A DNA stretch of 64,000 bases, taken from positions 22,010,001 through 22,074,000 of the forward strand of contig JBHGNT010000007.1 in the NCBI GenBank assembly GCA_043228905.1. Direction: 5' to 3'. This document shows, piece by piece, positions 25,532 to 38,759 of the stretch (positions within the stretch are counted from its first letter, which is position 1; every line of letters starts with the position of its first letter). Source of the stretch: Azolla caroliniana. Lineage: Eukaryota; Plantae; Polypodiophyta. The notes under the pieces were generated by a model that made no database searches, was not told where the DNA came from, and worked only from the letters and a program-made list of their open reading frames with translations. The translations under genes and the position numbers were made by a program.

Positions 25532-28500
25532 CTATATGAATCAGTGGAAGTTTACCACATAATGATTCTTTTGTGCGTGGGTGTAAAGTTCAGTGCTACA
25601 ACAATCGACTACAGTCTGATAGGTCATTAGTTCAACCCTGGCTGAGCCCTAATTCTAAGAGGTGAGCTGCCTTTCGAAATTAAGTGTAGATTTCATGTAC
25701 ATGAATGGATATTTCGATATGATATTTCGTTTGTGCTTGGGATTTATATCTTAGTGGTAGAGCAATCAACTGAAGCACGATAAGTCACCAATTCAACCTC
25801 GGCTACTTTCTGACTCAAAGAGATGTCCGAACTGACATAATAATTCGTTTGGATGTCTTCTATATGAGTCAATGGAGGTTTGCCATGTAATGTTTCTTTT
25901 GTGCGCGGGTGTAAAGTTCAGTGCTACAGTAATCGGCTAAAATAAAATAGGTCACTAGTTCAACCCCGGCTGAGCCCTAAGTCTAAGAGGTGAGGTGCCT
26001 TTCGAAATGAAGTCTAGATTTCATGTACATGAATCGATGGAAGTGTCCGAAATCTCATAATAATTCGAGTAGATATCTAGTAGATGAATGAATGGTGGAT
26101 TGCAATGTAATGTTTCTTTTGTGCGTGGGTGTATAGCTCATTGGTAGAGTAATCGATTGCAGTCTAATAGGTCACCGGTTCAACCCCGGTTGTGCCCTGA
26201 TTCGAGGAGACGATGTGTGCCATATACCTAATCGAGTGAAGATATCACATAAATGAATAGATGGAGGTGTCCAAACGACATAATCATTCGACTAGATGTC
26301 TTGTACATGAATCAATGGAGATTTCGACGTGATATTTCTTTTGTGTTCGGGTGTATCTCTAAGTGGTAGATGAATCGGCTGTAGTACGATAGGTCATCGG
26401 TTCAACCCCGCCTACCTCCTGATTCAAGGAAATATCCAAAACGACATAATATTTAGTGTGGACTTCTTATATATGAATCAGTGGAGGTTTGCCATGAAAT
26501 GTTTCTTTTGTGTGCGAGTGTAAACTTCAGTGCTACAACAACTGGCTACAGTCTCATAGGTCATTAGTTCAACCCTGGCTAAGCCCAAATTCTAAGAGGT
26601 GAGGTGCCTTTCGAGATGAAGTGTAGATTTCATGTACATGAATGGATATTTCGGCGTGATATTTCTTTTGTGCTTGGGATGTATGTCTTAGTGGTAGAGC
26701 AATCCGCTAGAATAGGATAGGTCACCGGTTCAATCCATGCTGCCTCCTTATTTAAGGAGATGTTCGGAACGACATAATAATTCGACAATTCTCTTTTGTG
26801 CGTGTGTGTAAAGCTCAACGCTAGAGCAATCGGCCAAAGTCTCATAGGTCACGAGTTCAACCCTGGCTGAGCACTAATTCTAAGAGCTGAGATGCCTTTG
26901 GAAATGAAGTTTAGATTTCATGTACATGAATCGATGGAAGTGTCCGAAATCTCATAATAAATCGTCTGGATCCCTAGTACATGAATGAATGCTATGTTGC
27001 GATGCAATGTTTGTTTTGTGCGTGGGTGTATAGCTCAGTGGTAGAGCAATCGACTGTAGTCCGATAGGTCACCCGTTCAATCCCGACTGCACCCTAATTG
27101 AAGGAGATGGTGGTTGCCATATACGGAATACAATCAAGATTTCATGTAGCTAAATCAATGGAAGTGTGGTACATGAATCAATGGAGATTTCGACATGATA
27201 TTTATTTTTTGGTTGGGTGTATATCTCATTGGTAGAGAAATCGGTGGTAGTATGATAGGTCATTGGTTCAACCCCACCCGCCTCCTGATTCAAGGAGATG
27301 TCCAAAACAACATAATAATTCGTGTGGACTTCTTCTATATGAATCATTGGAAGTTTGCCACGTAATACTTCTTTGGTGCGTGGGTGAAAAGTTTAGTGCT
27401 ACAACAATCGGCAACGGTCTGATAGGTCACTGGTTCAAGCCCGACAGAGCCATAATTCTAAGAGGTGAGGTGCCTTTCCGAATGAAGTCTAGATTTCATG
27501 TGCATGATTTGATGGAAGTGTCTAAAATCTCATAATAAATTGACTGGATATCTACTAGATGAATGAATGGTGGAGTATCCTAAACCGGGTGTAATCAATC
27601 GATTGGAGTATCCGAAATCTCGTAATAATTCGACTCAATATCTTAGAGATGAATGAATGGTGAATTGTGACATAATGTATCTTTTGTGTGTAGGTGTATA
27701 GCTCACTGGTAGAGTAATCGGCTACAGTCCAATAGGTCACCGGTTCAACCCCGACTGCACCCTTATTCAAGGAGACGATGGGTGCCATGTACTGAACAGA
27801 GTGAAGATTTCATGTACATGAATCGATGGAGGTGTGCTCCAAAACGACATATTCATTCGACTGAACCTCTTGGATATGAATCATTGGAGAATTCGACATG
27901 GTATTTCCTTTGTGCTCGGTCGTATATGCTAGTGGTAGAGCAATCAGCTGTAGTACGATAGGTCACCGGGTCAATGCTGGTTGCCTCCTGATTTAAGGAG
28001 ATGTGATGTCCAGAATGACATAATAATTCGACCCTACTTCTTCTATATGAATGAGTGGCGTTTTGCAATGTAATGTTTCTTTTGTGCGTGGATGTAAAGT
28101 TCAGTGCTACAACAATCGACATCAGTCTGATAGGTCACTAGTTCAACCCCTGGTGACCCCTAATTCTAAGAGGTGAGGTGACTTTTGAAATGAAGTCTAG
28201 ATTTCATGTACATGAATCGATGGAAGTGTCCGAAATCTCATAATAATTCGACTGAATATCTATTATATCAATGAATGCTGGATTGCAACGTAAAGTTTCT
28301 TTTCTGCGTGGGTGTATAGCTCATTGGTAGAGCAATCGGCTGCAGTTCGATAGGTCACTGGTTCAACCCCAGTTGTGCCCTTTCGATTCAAGGAGATTGC
28401 ATGTGTCATATACCTAATCGAGTGAAGATATGACATACATGAATAGATGGAGGTTTCACGTGATATTTCTTTTGTGGCCTGGTGTATATGTCAGTGGTAG

Positions 28501-28920
28501 AGCAATCAACTGTACTATGATAGGTCATTGGTTGAATCCTGGCTACGTTCTGATTCAAGGAGATGTCCGAAATGACATGATAACTCGACTCTACTTTTTC
28601 TATATGAATCATTGGACGTTTTGCAACGTAATATTTCTTGTGTGCGCGGTCTAAAGTTCAATGCTACAATAATCGACGTCAGTTTGATAGGTCACTAGTT
28701 CAACCCCGGGTGAGCCCTAATTCTAAGAGGTAAGGTGGCTTTTGAAGTGAAGTTTAGATTTCATGTGCATGAATCGATGAAAGTGTCCAAAATCTCATAA
28801 TAATTCAACTGGATATCTAGTAGACGAATGAATGGTGGATTATGACGTAATCTTTCTTTTGTGCGTGGGTGTATAGCTCAGTGGTAGAGCAATCAGTTGC
28901 GGTTTGATAGGTCATCAGTT
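25532..28920 (+). repeat. tRNA-Cys-derived higher-order satellite, block 1
   Basis: Units of ~165-230 bp, each headed by a 72-nt tRNA-Cys-like sequence of type A (gggtgtatagctcagtggtagagc), B (gggtgtatat.t.agtggtagagc...gtagtacgat) or C (gggtgtaaagttcagtgctacaac). Confidence 0.95.
28310..28381 (+). tRNA. tRNA-Cys: tRNA-Cys(GCA)-like A unit, weak acceptor stem
   Basis: Cloverleaf foldable; anticodon loop CTGCAGT; T-stem ACTGG/CCAGT; three G-T pairs in the acceptor stem. Confidence 0.4.
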
Positions 28921-31900
28921 GCGTCTCACTGTGTTAAATCACTAATTGGAGTAAGCTAGCTGGAGGTACTATGTTCCTGTGATTGTTACCACTTGAGGCA
29001 AGCTCCCTATGCAACACCCGACCCAATCGTGCTTCATTTGGTTAAACGACATCCGAATAGGTCACCGGATGCTATTCACTTGCTTGTTGTAACCACCCGT
29101 TGCAGATCGGTCTCCTGACAACAACCAAATTCGTGCTTCATTCAGCTGATCGACATTCAGGAGGATCAGTTGGATCCGTCTCTCTCATCACTGCAGTCAC
29201 CCGAAGCAGAATCGACCCAAACAATCGGTTTCTTGTAATCGGTATTTGGCTTACAATCGGGAGCTAACCGGGCTCACTCCGAGTCTACAACATTTGGGAA
29301 GACCAGCCGGTTTATCCCTCAAGGTACTGGATTCACTTCGAGCAAGTTCAGCAACAAGTATCCGAAACCAAACCGACTCGGGTTCAAAACCGAGTAGAAC
29401 GATATTGGGTGAGCCAACCGGCTGCACCCCACCAAGGTTCGTAGTCAACTCCGAACCGAGGCTTACCAACTGAAACCGAAGCAGATGGCATCAACATCTG
29501 GCTCATCGGAGATGAGTCTAAGGAGGTTCGACGGTTCTAACTTCAACTTCTCGAAGGAACAAATGTAGGACTATCTCATAGTCAAGGGTCAGATAGACCT
29601 CATTGAGAATGAAAATCCTCCAGAAGCATACAAGGCAAACGAATGGCTAAAGCTGGACAGAATCGTCAACACCACGATTCGAATGCACTTATCGGAGTCA
29701 GTATACTTCATAGTGGAATCGTGCTCGACAGCTTTTGAACTATGGAAAACATTGTCGGAAACTTATGAAAAGAAGGTCGCTACAACGAAGATGTATTTGA
29801 TCCGGTGCCTCTACAACTTGCGGATGAAAGAATCAGATTCGGTTCAGGCACACCTCAACAAGTACGAAAGCATAGGCTCCCAAATCTCGTCTCAGGGGAC
29901 GGAAATCGAGGATGAACTCAGAGCAATGATACTCATGAGTAGTCTCCCCTCTTCATGGGAAACTTTCGTTACAACCGTGTGCAATGCTTCAACAGCTGCC
30001 GTTAAGTACTCTGAAGTCACGAGCGCAATTCTGACTAAAGTAGCTCGGAGAAAGTCTTTCGCCAAAGACTCGGTAGATGAAGCTTACATAGTACAAGGTT
30101 GACCGACCGATCGAACAACCGAGGAAGAAGTTCTTCCCACCCGCCGAACAATCAACGAAGCTGGAGCAAGTCCCGGGACAACCGAATTTGCAACTACTGC
30201 AAGAAACCGGGACACATCAAAGCCGACTGCCGGACACTCAAAGGAAAAACTGACAAAGCTCAGAGAGCAGATCAGAAGAGTAGTCAGCATGAGGAGGTCA
30301 ACTATGTCGGCTCTTCAGCCGAAATTATGACGACCGACCCGAACATATTGTCCATAGAGAACCCAGTCGAATCAAAAGTTCTGCTTACGACTGAGGAATC
30401 GAGCACATGGCTCCTAGACTTGGGCGCATCATATCATGTGACACCTCACTGATCTCAGTTTCGACAATACTTGGACTGACATTCCGACTCAGTTCGAGTC
30501 GGAAACTCGCAGCACTGTGCTACAATCTGAATCGTCACCGTAGAGCTCAACCTTCCGGGTGGCTCTACACTCGTACTACACAACGTCTGACATGTTCATG
30601 AGCTCTCAAGACCCTTGATCTCAGTTGGACATCTTGACGAAGCCGACATCTATGCCGGGTTCTCATCAGCAGGGTGGACACTCCACAAAGGGAACCTCCT
30701 ACTTGCTCGAGGACCAAAGGTACACTCTTTGTACCCTTTATATGTCACACTCAAAGAGGGTGACTTATTTCTGGTTGATATCCCCGTGTCATCGTTATGG
30801 CACGGACGACTTGGACACCTTAGCAAGGCCATCATAACGCACCTATCCAGAGCCAATTACATCCCCAAACTCTTCTTCTCGAATCACCAATTCTGCGAGC
30901 ATTTCCAGTACGGAAAATATGTAGCCGCATCACACCCGACATCAGCACTAAGAGAATCGAGTCCCCTCGATTTGGTCCACTCGGATGTTTGTGGCCTGAT
31001 GCCACATCAGTCTCTTGACAGTGCTTCGTACTTCGTCAGTTTTATTGACGACTCGACTCGGAAGGTGTGGGCTTACCCCATCAGAACCAAAGATTGGGTG
31101 TTCTCGATCTTCTCCGAATGACTTGCTATGGTCGAAAGTCAGACTAGTCGGAAACTGAAATGTCTCCGAATCAACAATGGAGGAGAATTCAAGTCTAAAG
31201 AATTCGGGAACGCGACATTCAACGTGAATATACGGTACCCTATAGTCCGGAGCAGAACGGAATTGCTGAACGCATGAAACAGACGATTCAAGAATGCATA
31301 GTATCCATGCTCCAACACTCCGGACTGTCGGATGGCTTTTGGGCGGAGGCTCTACTTACGGCAGTACACATAATAAATATGTCGTCAAGTAGACCTCTAG
31401 GACTTAAAATACCTCAGGAAACATGCACCGGTTGTAAGCCGAATTATGACAAGCTGAGGATCTTCGGTTGCGAGGCGTATGCCCTCATACCGAAAGACGA
31501 TCGCCGGAAACTCAAACCAAGATCAAGGAAATGCATTTTCCTTCGATATGGACCCGACGACGAGATCGGATACCGACTCTGGGACCCCGAGCACAGACAA
31601 ATCATCCGAAGTTTGGACGTCGTGTTCAACGAGTCGGCTATGCATAAAACGGCCGAAAGGCCTATGGAAGTCCGAAGGGTAATATTCTCCGAAGTGCCAA
31701 CCCTTCATGAAGGCCCAACCCACAACACGAGATCGTTTTCACGGGTAACCGACACCTCCCGCACTGAATCCACCGATTCAGCACAACCAATTAGCTCGGC
31801 TTCCGACCATCTGACATCTATACCCGGTGAGACCAATCCAGTCATACCTCGAAGATCCGTGAGACTATCGCAACCTCCGGAAAGGTACTGTCCCAGAATT

Positions 31901-32418
31901 TTCTTTACCGACGCCGGTGAACCGACGTCTTATGAAGAAGCATCGGCATCTGCCGACTCCGCTGTCGTGAAGATCCGTCACTACGCGCGGATCGTGAGCC
32001 GGAACCGCCGGGGTTCTGGACCAGAAGGATTCAAAGTCGATACAAGCTTTGGCAAGAAAGTACTTAAGATAGATTAGGAAAGAGAGAAGTTGAGATTAAA
32101 CGATTGAGAAAGATTGATTGAACTTTTAACTTTAGATTTAAGAAATAAGTTACACGATCAATTTGATAACGAATTTCCTCTTCTTAATTTTCATAAAAAA
32201 AAACCGTGTTTTTTCTCCTCCGCCTTCCCTCTTTTATAGATGCTCTCATGCATATGATGCATGTGAGGGTACAAGACATGCATAAATTGCATGTTTGCCA
32301 TTTGGCGCTTATGTATTACATGTGGTGCATGATAACCATGTCACTCATTTTAGTTCTCATGTATGAGAATTTACATGTAAAAGTACAATGATAGAAATAT
32401 AATTTCAACTAAATAGCA

Positions 32419-32474
32419 TGGCTTAATGGTAAGCCAATTGACTCTTAACTTGGAGGTGCAAGGTTCGAATCCTT
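32419..32474 (+). promoter_or_regulatory. tRNA-like Pol III A/B-box module in gypsy A LTR (second copy 46257-46312)
   Basis: TGGCTTAATGG A box in hairpin GGCTT-AATGGT-AAGCC and GGTTCGAATCC B box in hairpin AAGG-TTCGAAT-CCTT, at tRNA spacing; no good acceptor or anticodon stem. Confidence 0.75.
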
Positions 32475-33159
32475 ACTTGCCCTCCTTGTATATGTAAATA
32501 TGTATATATATTTATATATTTATTTATCTAGTCGCCGGACGCCAGTTCGCCGGATGCCGTCGGTTACCGGTGCGTCGTCAGATGCCGTCGCTGGATGACG
32601 TCGCCGGATACCGGTGCCGCCGCCGGATGCCGCCGGATACCGGTGCCTCACCGGATGCTGTCGCCGGATTGCCTCCGGATCACCGGCTCCATCGCCGGTC
32701 CGGTTTTGGTTGGCCAAAACCCTTTACGAGTAGCTAGCCCACCTCCACTCTTAGTTTAAGTTACCTTGAACTCTCTATGCTCCACACATAGACACAAAGA
32801 TAATATCTTTTGCTCCACCTTATATATGATGAGAGCTGTATTTGTCGTGCCTATGTGGGATATCTCACAATTTTCTCCTTTTCTTTTACAAACTTTATAC
32901 CCTCATATCTTGACATTTAGTTGTCTGTTTCTCGTGTAATAAAGTGCATTCGAAACCTCCATCATTTTGTACTTAGATATTAAATCTATTTAAAATGTTA
33001 TCTTCACAATTATTGTACTATGTGATTCATACTCGATTTCGTACGTTTTATGGGATTTTCACACTATTGCTGAAAATCTTCACGACATCCACCCCCACCA
33101 AACCGCCCGTCCTCCGGTACGTGCCAAGAAGAGAAGAAGTGAGATTTCGGCTACGATGA

Positions 33160-36100
33160 TCAATTAGATTCCTCCATGTCTTCATTTTCATCCGGCCTAT
33201 TATGTTCATCAACGAGGTAATCGAGGTCAGGATCCTTGTCTTGTCTTTTCTTGAAAATCTTTACTCTTTTTCCCGCAATGGGTACGGCCAACCTTGATCC
33301 GTCTAGTCCCGCAGGGTGGTAGGTGGCATTATCGTTGGCACTTGTCACCACATACGGCCCGAACCATCTTCTTGCGAACTTCCTTGTTGTACTGTGTTGA
33401 TTGTCAAGGGTGCTGTCGTAAACCAAAACCCAATCCCCTTCTTCAATCTTCTTGGGACGAAGTCGATGCGTGTTGTCGAACCAAACTTTGTTCTTTACTC
33501 GGGCTGCCTTCAGGTCTTTCGCGCTTTTTCTAAATCTTCAGGTCTTCTTTCAAGTTGCCTTATCCGCGCCGCTAATAACTCTTCTTGGCTCATCTCGTTC
33601 TCCCACGATATCGCTACCCATGAGGCAATCGTCCTTTCGATGGGCATAATCGGCTTTTGTCCATACATAAGCTCTGTCGGCATATACCTTGTCACTGAGC
33701 TATGTGTTGTTCTATCGGCCCACAAGGCATAGGGTAATAGTCGTGGCCAATTCCCGACTTGACCGTTGCATGCCCGTACGATGGCTTTAACGATAGGTCC
33801 ATGCCCTCGCTCGATCTTCCCATTTGCTTCTGGATTGTAGGCAGTCGTGAGGGAGAGCTTCACGCCTAGTCTTTCGAAGAGCTCCGTCGCTTCGTGCGCG
33901 TCCAACTCCCCTCGGTCGGCCACTATCTTCCCTACACATCCATATCGGCAAACAACATCTTCAAGTAAAAATTTACAAACGGCTGAAGTCGTCTTATTTG
34001 TCAAGGCTCGTCCTTCCACTTGATTTGTTAAGTCTTCCCTTGCCAACGCTAAGTACTTCATTTGTCCCACTCCCATTGGCATCGAGACCAGATCCACCAT
34101 CCATTTGAAGTGAATGGTGAGTGGGTATGTCGGCTTTAACTCATCACGATGACGTATATTTGAATATATTTGGCAAGTTTCACATGTGGACACGAAATGG
34201 AGTACATCTTTGTACATGCTTGGCCACCAGTACTTCTCCTTCAATTTTTCGAACGTTGCCCATGTTCCTCTATGACCTGCCCAAGCACTCTCGTGGAATT
34301 CGGTCATCAGCATCTCTTGCTCTTCTTTCTTTACCACCACTCGACGTGGTATTCCTGTCCTTCTTTTTGGATGTTGCCAAAGGAATCCTCCCTTCAAGAA
34401 GTATCGATAAGCTTTCTTTCGGATTCGTAGGGCCTCCTCCTTTGTCAACGAAGCATCTGTCGTCAATGTTCTTAGGAATCTACCGATGAGTAACCATTCT
34501 CCTTCGTACTCGTTCTCGTTGAAGGCGTGGAGGGTTTGCGTGTCCTGGTCTTCCGCCGACAATCAAGCCATCTTGAAGAAGTCGAGCGCGACATCTTCAT
34601 CTTCCGAAACCATGTTACTTCCATTTGAAAATCTTGCCCTCGACAGCATGTCAGCCATGGCGTTCTTCTTCCCTGCAATGTGACGGATCTCTGGGTTTAA
34701 AGACTTGATGTAGGCGATCCACTTTAGCATAACAAGATCTGGGGTCGCACATCCTGAGACCATTCCGAGAATTGGGAGACAATCTGTCTCTATTATCACT
34801 TCTGACCCGATCAGGTAATCTTTGTCCGTCTTCACTGCTGACACAATACCCCAAAGTTCCCGCTTGACTTGGGCATATCTTTGTTGCCGTTCGCTGAGAA
34901 CCTTTGCTCCGAACCAGATGGCATATCGCGCATTATCTTCACCTTCTTGGTTGATGACCCACCCGATTCCGGTTGGACTCGTATCTACGGTCACGTAAAT
35001 TGGTTTTCCTTCGGCATAGTCAGCCTTCCTTAGTGCCGGAGCTTCAAGAAGTAGTTTCTTTAATCTTCGCATCGCCTTTGTGTGCTCGTCTCGCCATTCG
35101 AACTTTATTCTTCTCTTTAGTAGTCCATATAACGGTTCGGCGACATGAGCGTAGTGAGGAATCCATATATGATAAAATGCGCACGCTCCAAGGAACCTTC
35201 GAACCTCCGTTTGGTTTTCGCATTCTTCTTTCATGTCTTGGATTGCGTTCACTTTGGATGGTGAGGGCTTCCGGCCATATGCTCCACACAAGTGACCTAC
35301 CACCAAGATCTCTGGTTGCCCAAATGCGGATTTTTCTCCCGTAAATGTCAAATTCGCATCTTCGAGCCTTTGAAGCACCTTCTCGCAATCTTTCATATGA
35401 TCCGCAACGAACTTTCTACAACCTTCCTTATCTTTCGATTCATCTTTCTCCTCATCCGAACATCCTTTTATCGGAATACCATCCAAGAATGGCATCGTGA
35501 TGTCCGGAATGCAATCCTTCAAGACTTTATTCATGGCATTCACCATATGAGCCACCGAGTTCGTTGCACCTTGGGGTAAGGTACACATCCGCACAAGCCC
35601 GATCGGAGTCCTCATGGTTGTAATGTCCCGACTGTCGATCGCCAATTGGAATTGGTCATATCCGGAGTAGAGATCGCCAATGGAGTAGATGGACCGGCCC
35701 GCAAACGCTTCGGCAAATTCGTCCATGCTCGGACCGATTCCGGCATTTCGAATTGTCACCTTGTTGACGGGTTGAAGATCTTGGATGAATCGCAATGATC
35801 CATTCTTCTTCGGCACCGTGAACCACCTATTGGAATAAGGAGCATTCAACGGTTCTAGAATTCCCATACTCACCTTCTCCTTTAAGAGCTCGATCAGCTT
35901 TGGAAGGTGTGTTCTCAGAACCGGTATCGGTTTCAAATTCTACGGCACATGAGACACCGTGAAGATCATCATCGGCTCTATAACCTTTGGGTCGGTGCAT
36001 CCGATTTCTCGTGGGAAGAATGCGAAAGCCTTCCCATGTCTCTCAAGCATATCGCGAAACATTCGGTCCTCTTCAGGGAGAAGGAAATTCTCCTTTCGAA

Positions 36101-36645
36101 CTCGTAGCTTCCCCTTTGTCTCTTTGGTGAAGACATGACCTATCTTCTTCGGATCTCTTAAGCTGGATCGTTAGCGACTTCCTTCATCTTTTGCCAGCTA
36201 TCTTCCGGTAGCGGAACCGCAACTAGCTTGATCTTCTTATCCACCGTTTTATATTTCGTGTTGATGTCAGCTTTCTTCATCGAGATGCCACGACGGTATT
36301 CATCGATGATAGCGTACATGTTGACGGAGTTAACCGAAATCACGCATTGGTTGTGAAGATAGCTCAAGTCCACAACGTCCTCGATTTCACCGATGGTGTC
36401 GTTAAATGAGGCTTCTTCCATAATATGAGTCACGAACTCCCCTTCTTCTATTATGTTCTCTTCTTTCAGCATCTTCTCGAATTCTTGTATCCGGTGCTTG
36501 TGCTTCTTGTCGGGTAGTACTAGTTTACATGCGCCACTAGGTGTGACACATGTTGCTTCTCCTTGCAATCCACGCACTCTTCTTTCTTGTGGGGTCTTGT
36601 GATTGCTCGGACTATTTGTGCCCCATGCTTCAATAGTCCGCTCTA
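33160..36645 (-). pseudogene. pol: gypsy A pol (RT, RNase H, integrase) with stops; catalytic FLDD mutated to FLDG
   Basis: ORFs 36158-36577, 34563-35936, 33510-34562, 33160-33426 are colinear with the intact pol at 38760-42023. Confidence 0.92.
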
Positions 36646-36652
36646 AAAATCC
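36590..36652 (-). promoter_or_regulatory. Putative -1 ribosomal frameshift signal of gypsy A
   Basis: G GAT TTT TAG AG CGGACTATT-GAAGCATGGGGCACA-AATAGTCCG ... ACCCCA; pol is open in the -1 frame (FLERTIEAWGTNSP...VRGLQG). Confidence 0.7.
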
Positions 36653-38759
36653 GAGGATTCGCCTCCGAGACTATCTCGATTCCTTTCATGATTGGCTCGC
36701 ACCGTTAGGAATTGGACCAATCTTTGGTTGTCAAGACTCTTTATTCGTGCGAAGGCTGCTCCATTATCGAACACTCTGGTCTCCATCCGAGATGATGTGA
36801 TATAAGGTTGCCCTAGGATGACAGGATGCGACGCCGATTCTTGTACGAAGAAGTGTTGATCCATCTCCACATCCCCGATCGTGACTTTGACATTGGGACA
36901 AGCTCCGTACAAGTCCTCCGTAGACTTTGTTGCCGCGCGAATCTTCCATCCATGGTTTGTATTGATTGGCCATCTTCCCTTTTTGTAGAAGTCGGTTGAC
37001 ATGAGGTTGATCTCCGAGCCGTGGTCGATCAAGGCTACGACGGTCTCTTTCTTCTCCCCGATCTTCACCGGCGTCTCCGTTGTTGCTCGTGCCCAATGAG
37101 GTCGAGTGTAGTGGCTGTCCACCATATCTTCATCGATTTCGTCTCTTGCCATCGTTATGGCATTCGTTTTTGCTTTTTGCGGCTTCTCTTCTTCCTCATC
37201 CGATTGTTGTCTCTTTCTCTTTACAAGGTCCATGATCGTGTCATGGAACTCCTTCTTCGTAATGCCAAGCAATTTCCTCAAGGACAAAGTTACGTGGCTA
37301 TCAAGAACTCGTTCTTCGAGAATCTTCTTTAGGTCCGTCGTCTGCTCTATGTCCGACCTTAGCTTATAGGTAGGTATGGTCCTTGTCCTCCGAGCGGGGT
37401 CTTCGACACCAACCTTCACGGGCCGAACCGTTTCTTCAACTCGTATGCTCGGCTTCCCTTTTCGGCTTGATTCTCGTTCCTCCGTTTGTAAAGGTCGACT
37501 CGTCTCCGCATCGTCCTTCTTTTTCGCGTTCCTTGTTTCATGTCTTTTTGATGGCCCTTGCTCTTCTATTCTCTTTCTCTTTTCTTCAACGAACACCTCG
37601 TGGTTGTCGCACATCACCTCTGCGAGTATGGTGTTGTCGTCCACCAGATCCGATCACCCGGTTATGTTTTGCACGCTTCGGTCCGCAAGCTCTACCTCGT
37701 TCGATGTGATTTTTCCCTTCTTCTCATATTCGAGAACGGAAGTCCAAAACTTTGCTCCCGCTCTAGCAGCTTCAGTCTTGTCTTTCCCGACTCTTATTCC
37801 GGCCGACGCAGCATAGTGCATCGCATCCACATGAGTCGCATCGACATCCTCCATAGATCTCTTCATTCCTCCTCTTCCGAAATTCACCCGTAGGGATCTT
37901 CTAGTCTCGCTTGAGCAGATCATGTTGTCCTCTATGTATACGATATTTTGTCGAATCGCCTCTCGAAGGCTTGCACAATCCCTTCTCATGTGGTCCATGC
38001 TATCACACCACACGCTGTCGGGGTTGCTACGCCCTTGCGTGCAGAAAGGAGGAGGGACCACGGGGGTCTTGGACCAAAGAGCAAGAGAGAGCGGAGTAAG
38101 AGAGAGACCCGATTACACAGAACCGAAGATTGCACAGGGACACGGCCCAACAAACGGAGATCACAAACAAACACCAACGCAGATGGACGCAACAACGAAA
38201 GATATGTACTTATGAATGCAAGAAAATAACAGACCAAAGTATTACAACCCACGGTGGGGCACGGAATGGATACTAACGAAAACGAACGGGGCGGCGAACA
38301 GATGCCGACCCCTGTATGTTGCGACGCACAGAAAAGGGAAAACAGGTCGGAGGTGCTGCAGGACGCACTCGGGGCGTTCCACGGAACAGCGCAAGCCTCC
38401 TCGAAACCTGCACAGGTACGCGATGGAGCAGAAGACAGAGAAAGCAGGAGTGAGAGAGGAGCTCCGAAATCGGTTCGGCAGCACTTCGTCCTCTCCCCGC
38501 GAGATATCACTTCTATTCTTCCTCTTCCTTTTTATAGCCCGTCAAGAGGCCGTTTGGCATTAACTGCATACCAACCGAATCTACCCACCTAGGATCCTCG
38601 TATGTACTTCTTGGCGCGCGTGTGTGTAGAGCCGTTTCCCACGCCTTGTTCCTCCGATTCCTCTTGTGGGCGGTTTTCTTCACGACATCCGCCCCCACCT
38701 AACCGCGCATCCACCGGTATGCGCCAAATTAAGTTGGCACGGAGAAAACCGGCCCGCCT

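Noticed and set aside
27024-27095. tRNA-Tyr(GTA) call for units with a CTGTAGT loop
   Set aside because: The body is tRNA-Cys; GTA arises from one C-to-T change and the T stem is damaged.
32410-32485. Complete tRNA gene inside the gypsy A LTR
   Set aside because: D and T arms fold but the acceptor and anticodon stems do not; reported as an A/B-box module instead.
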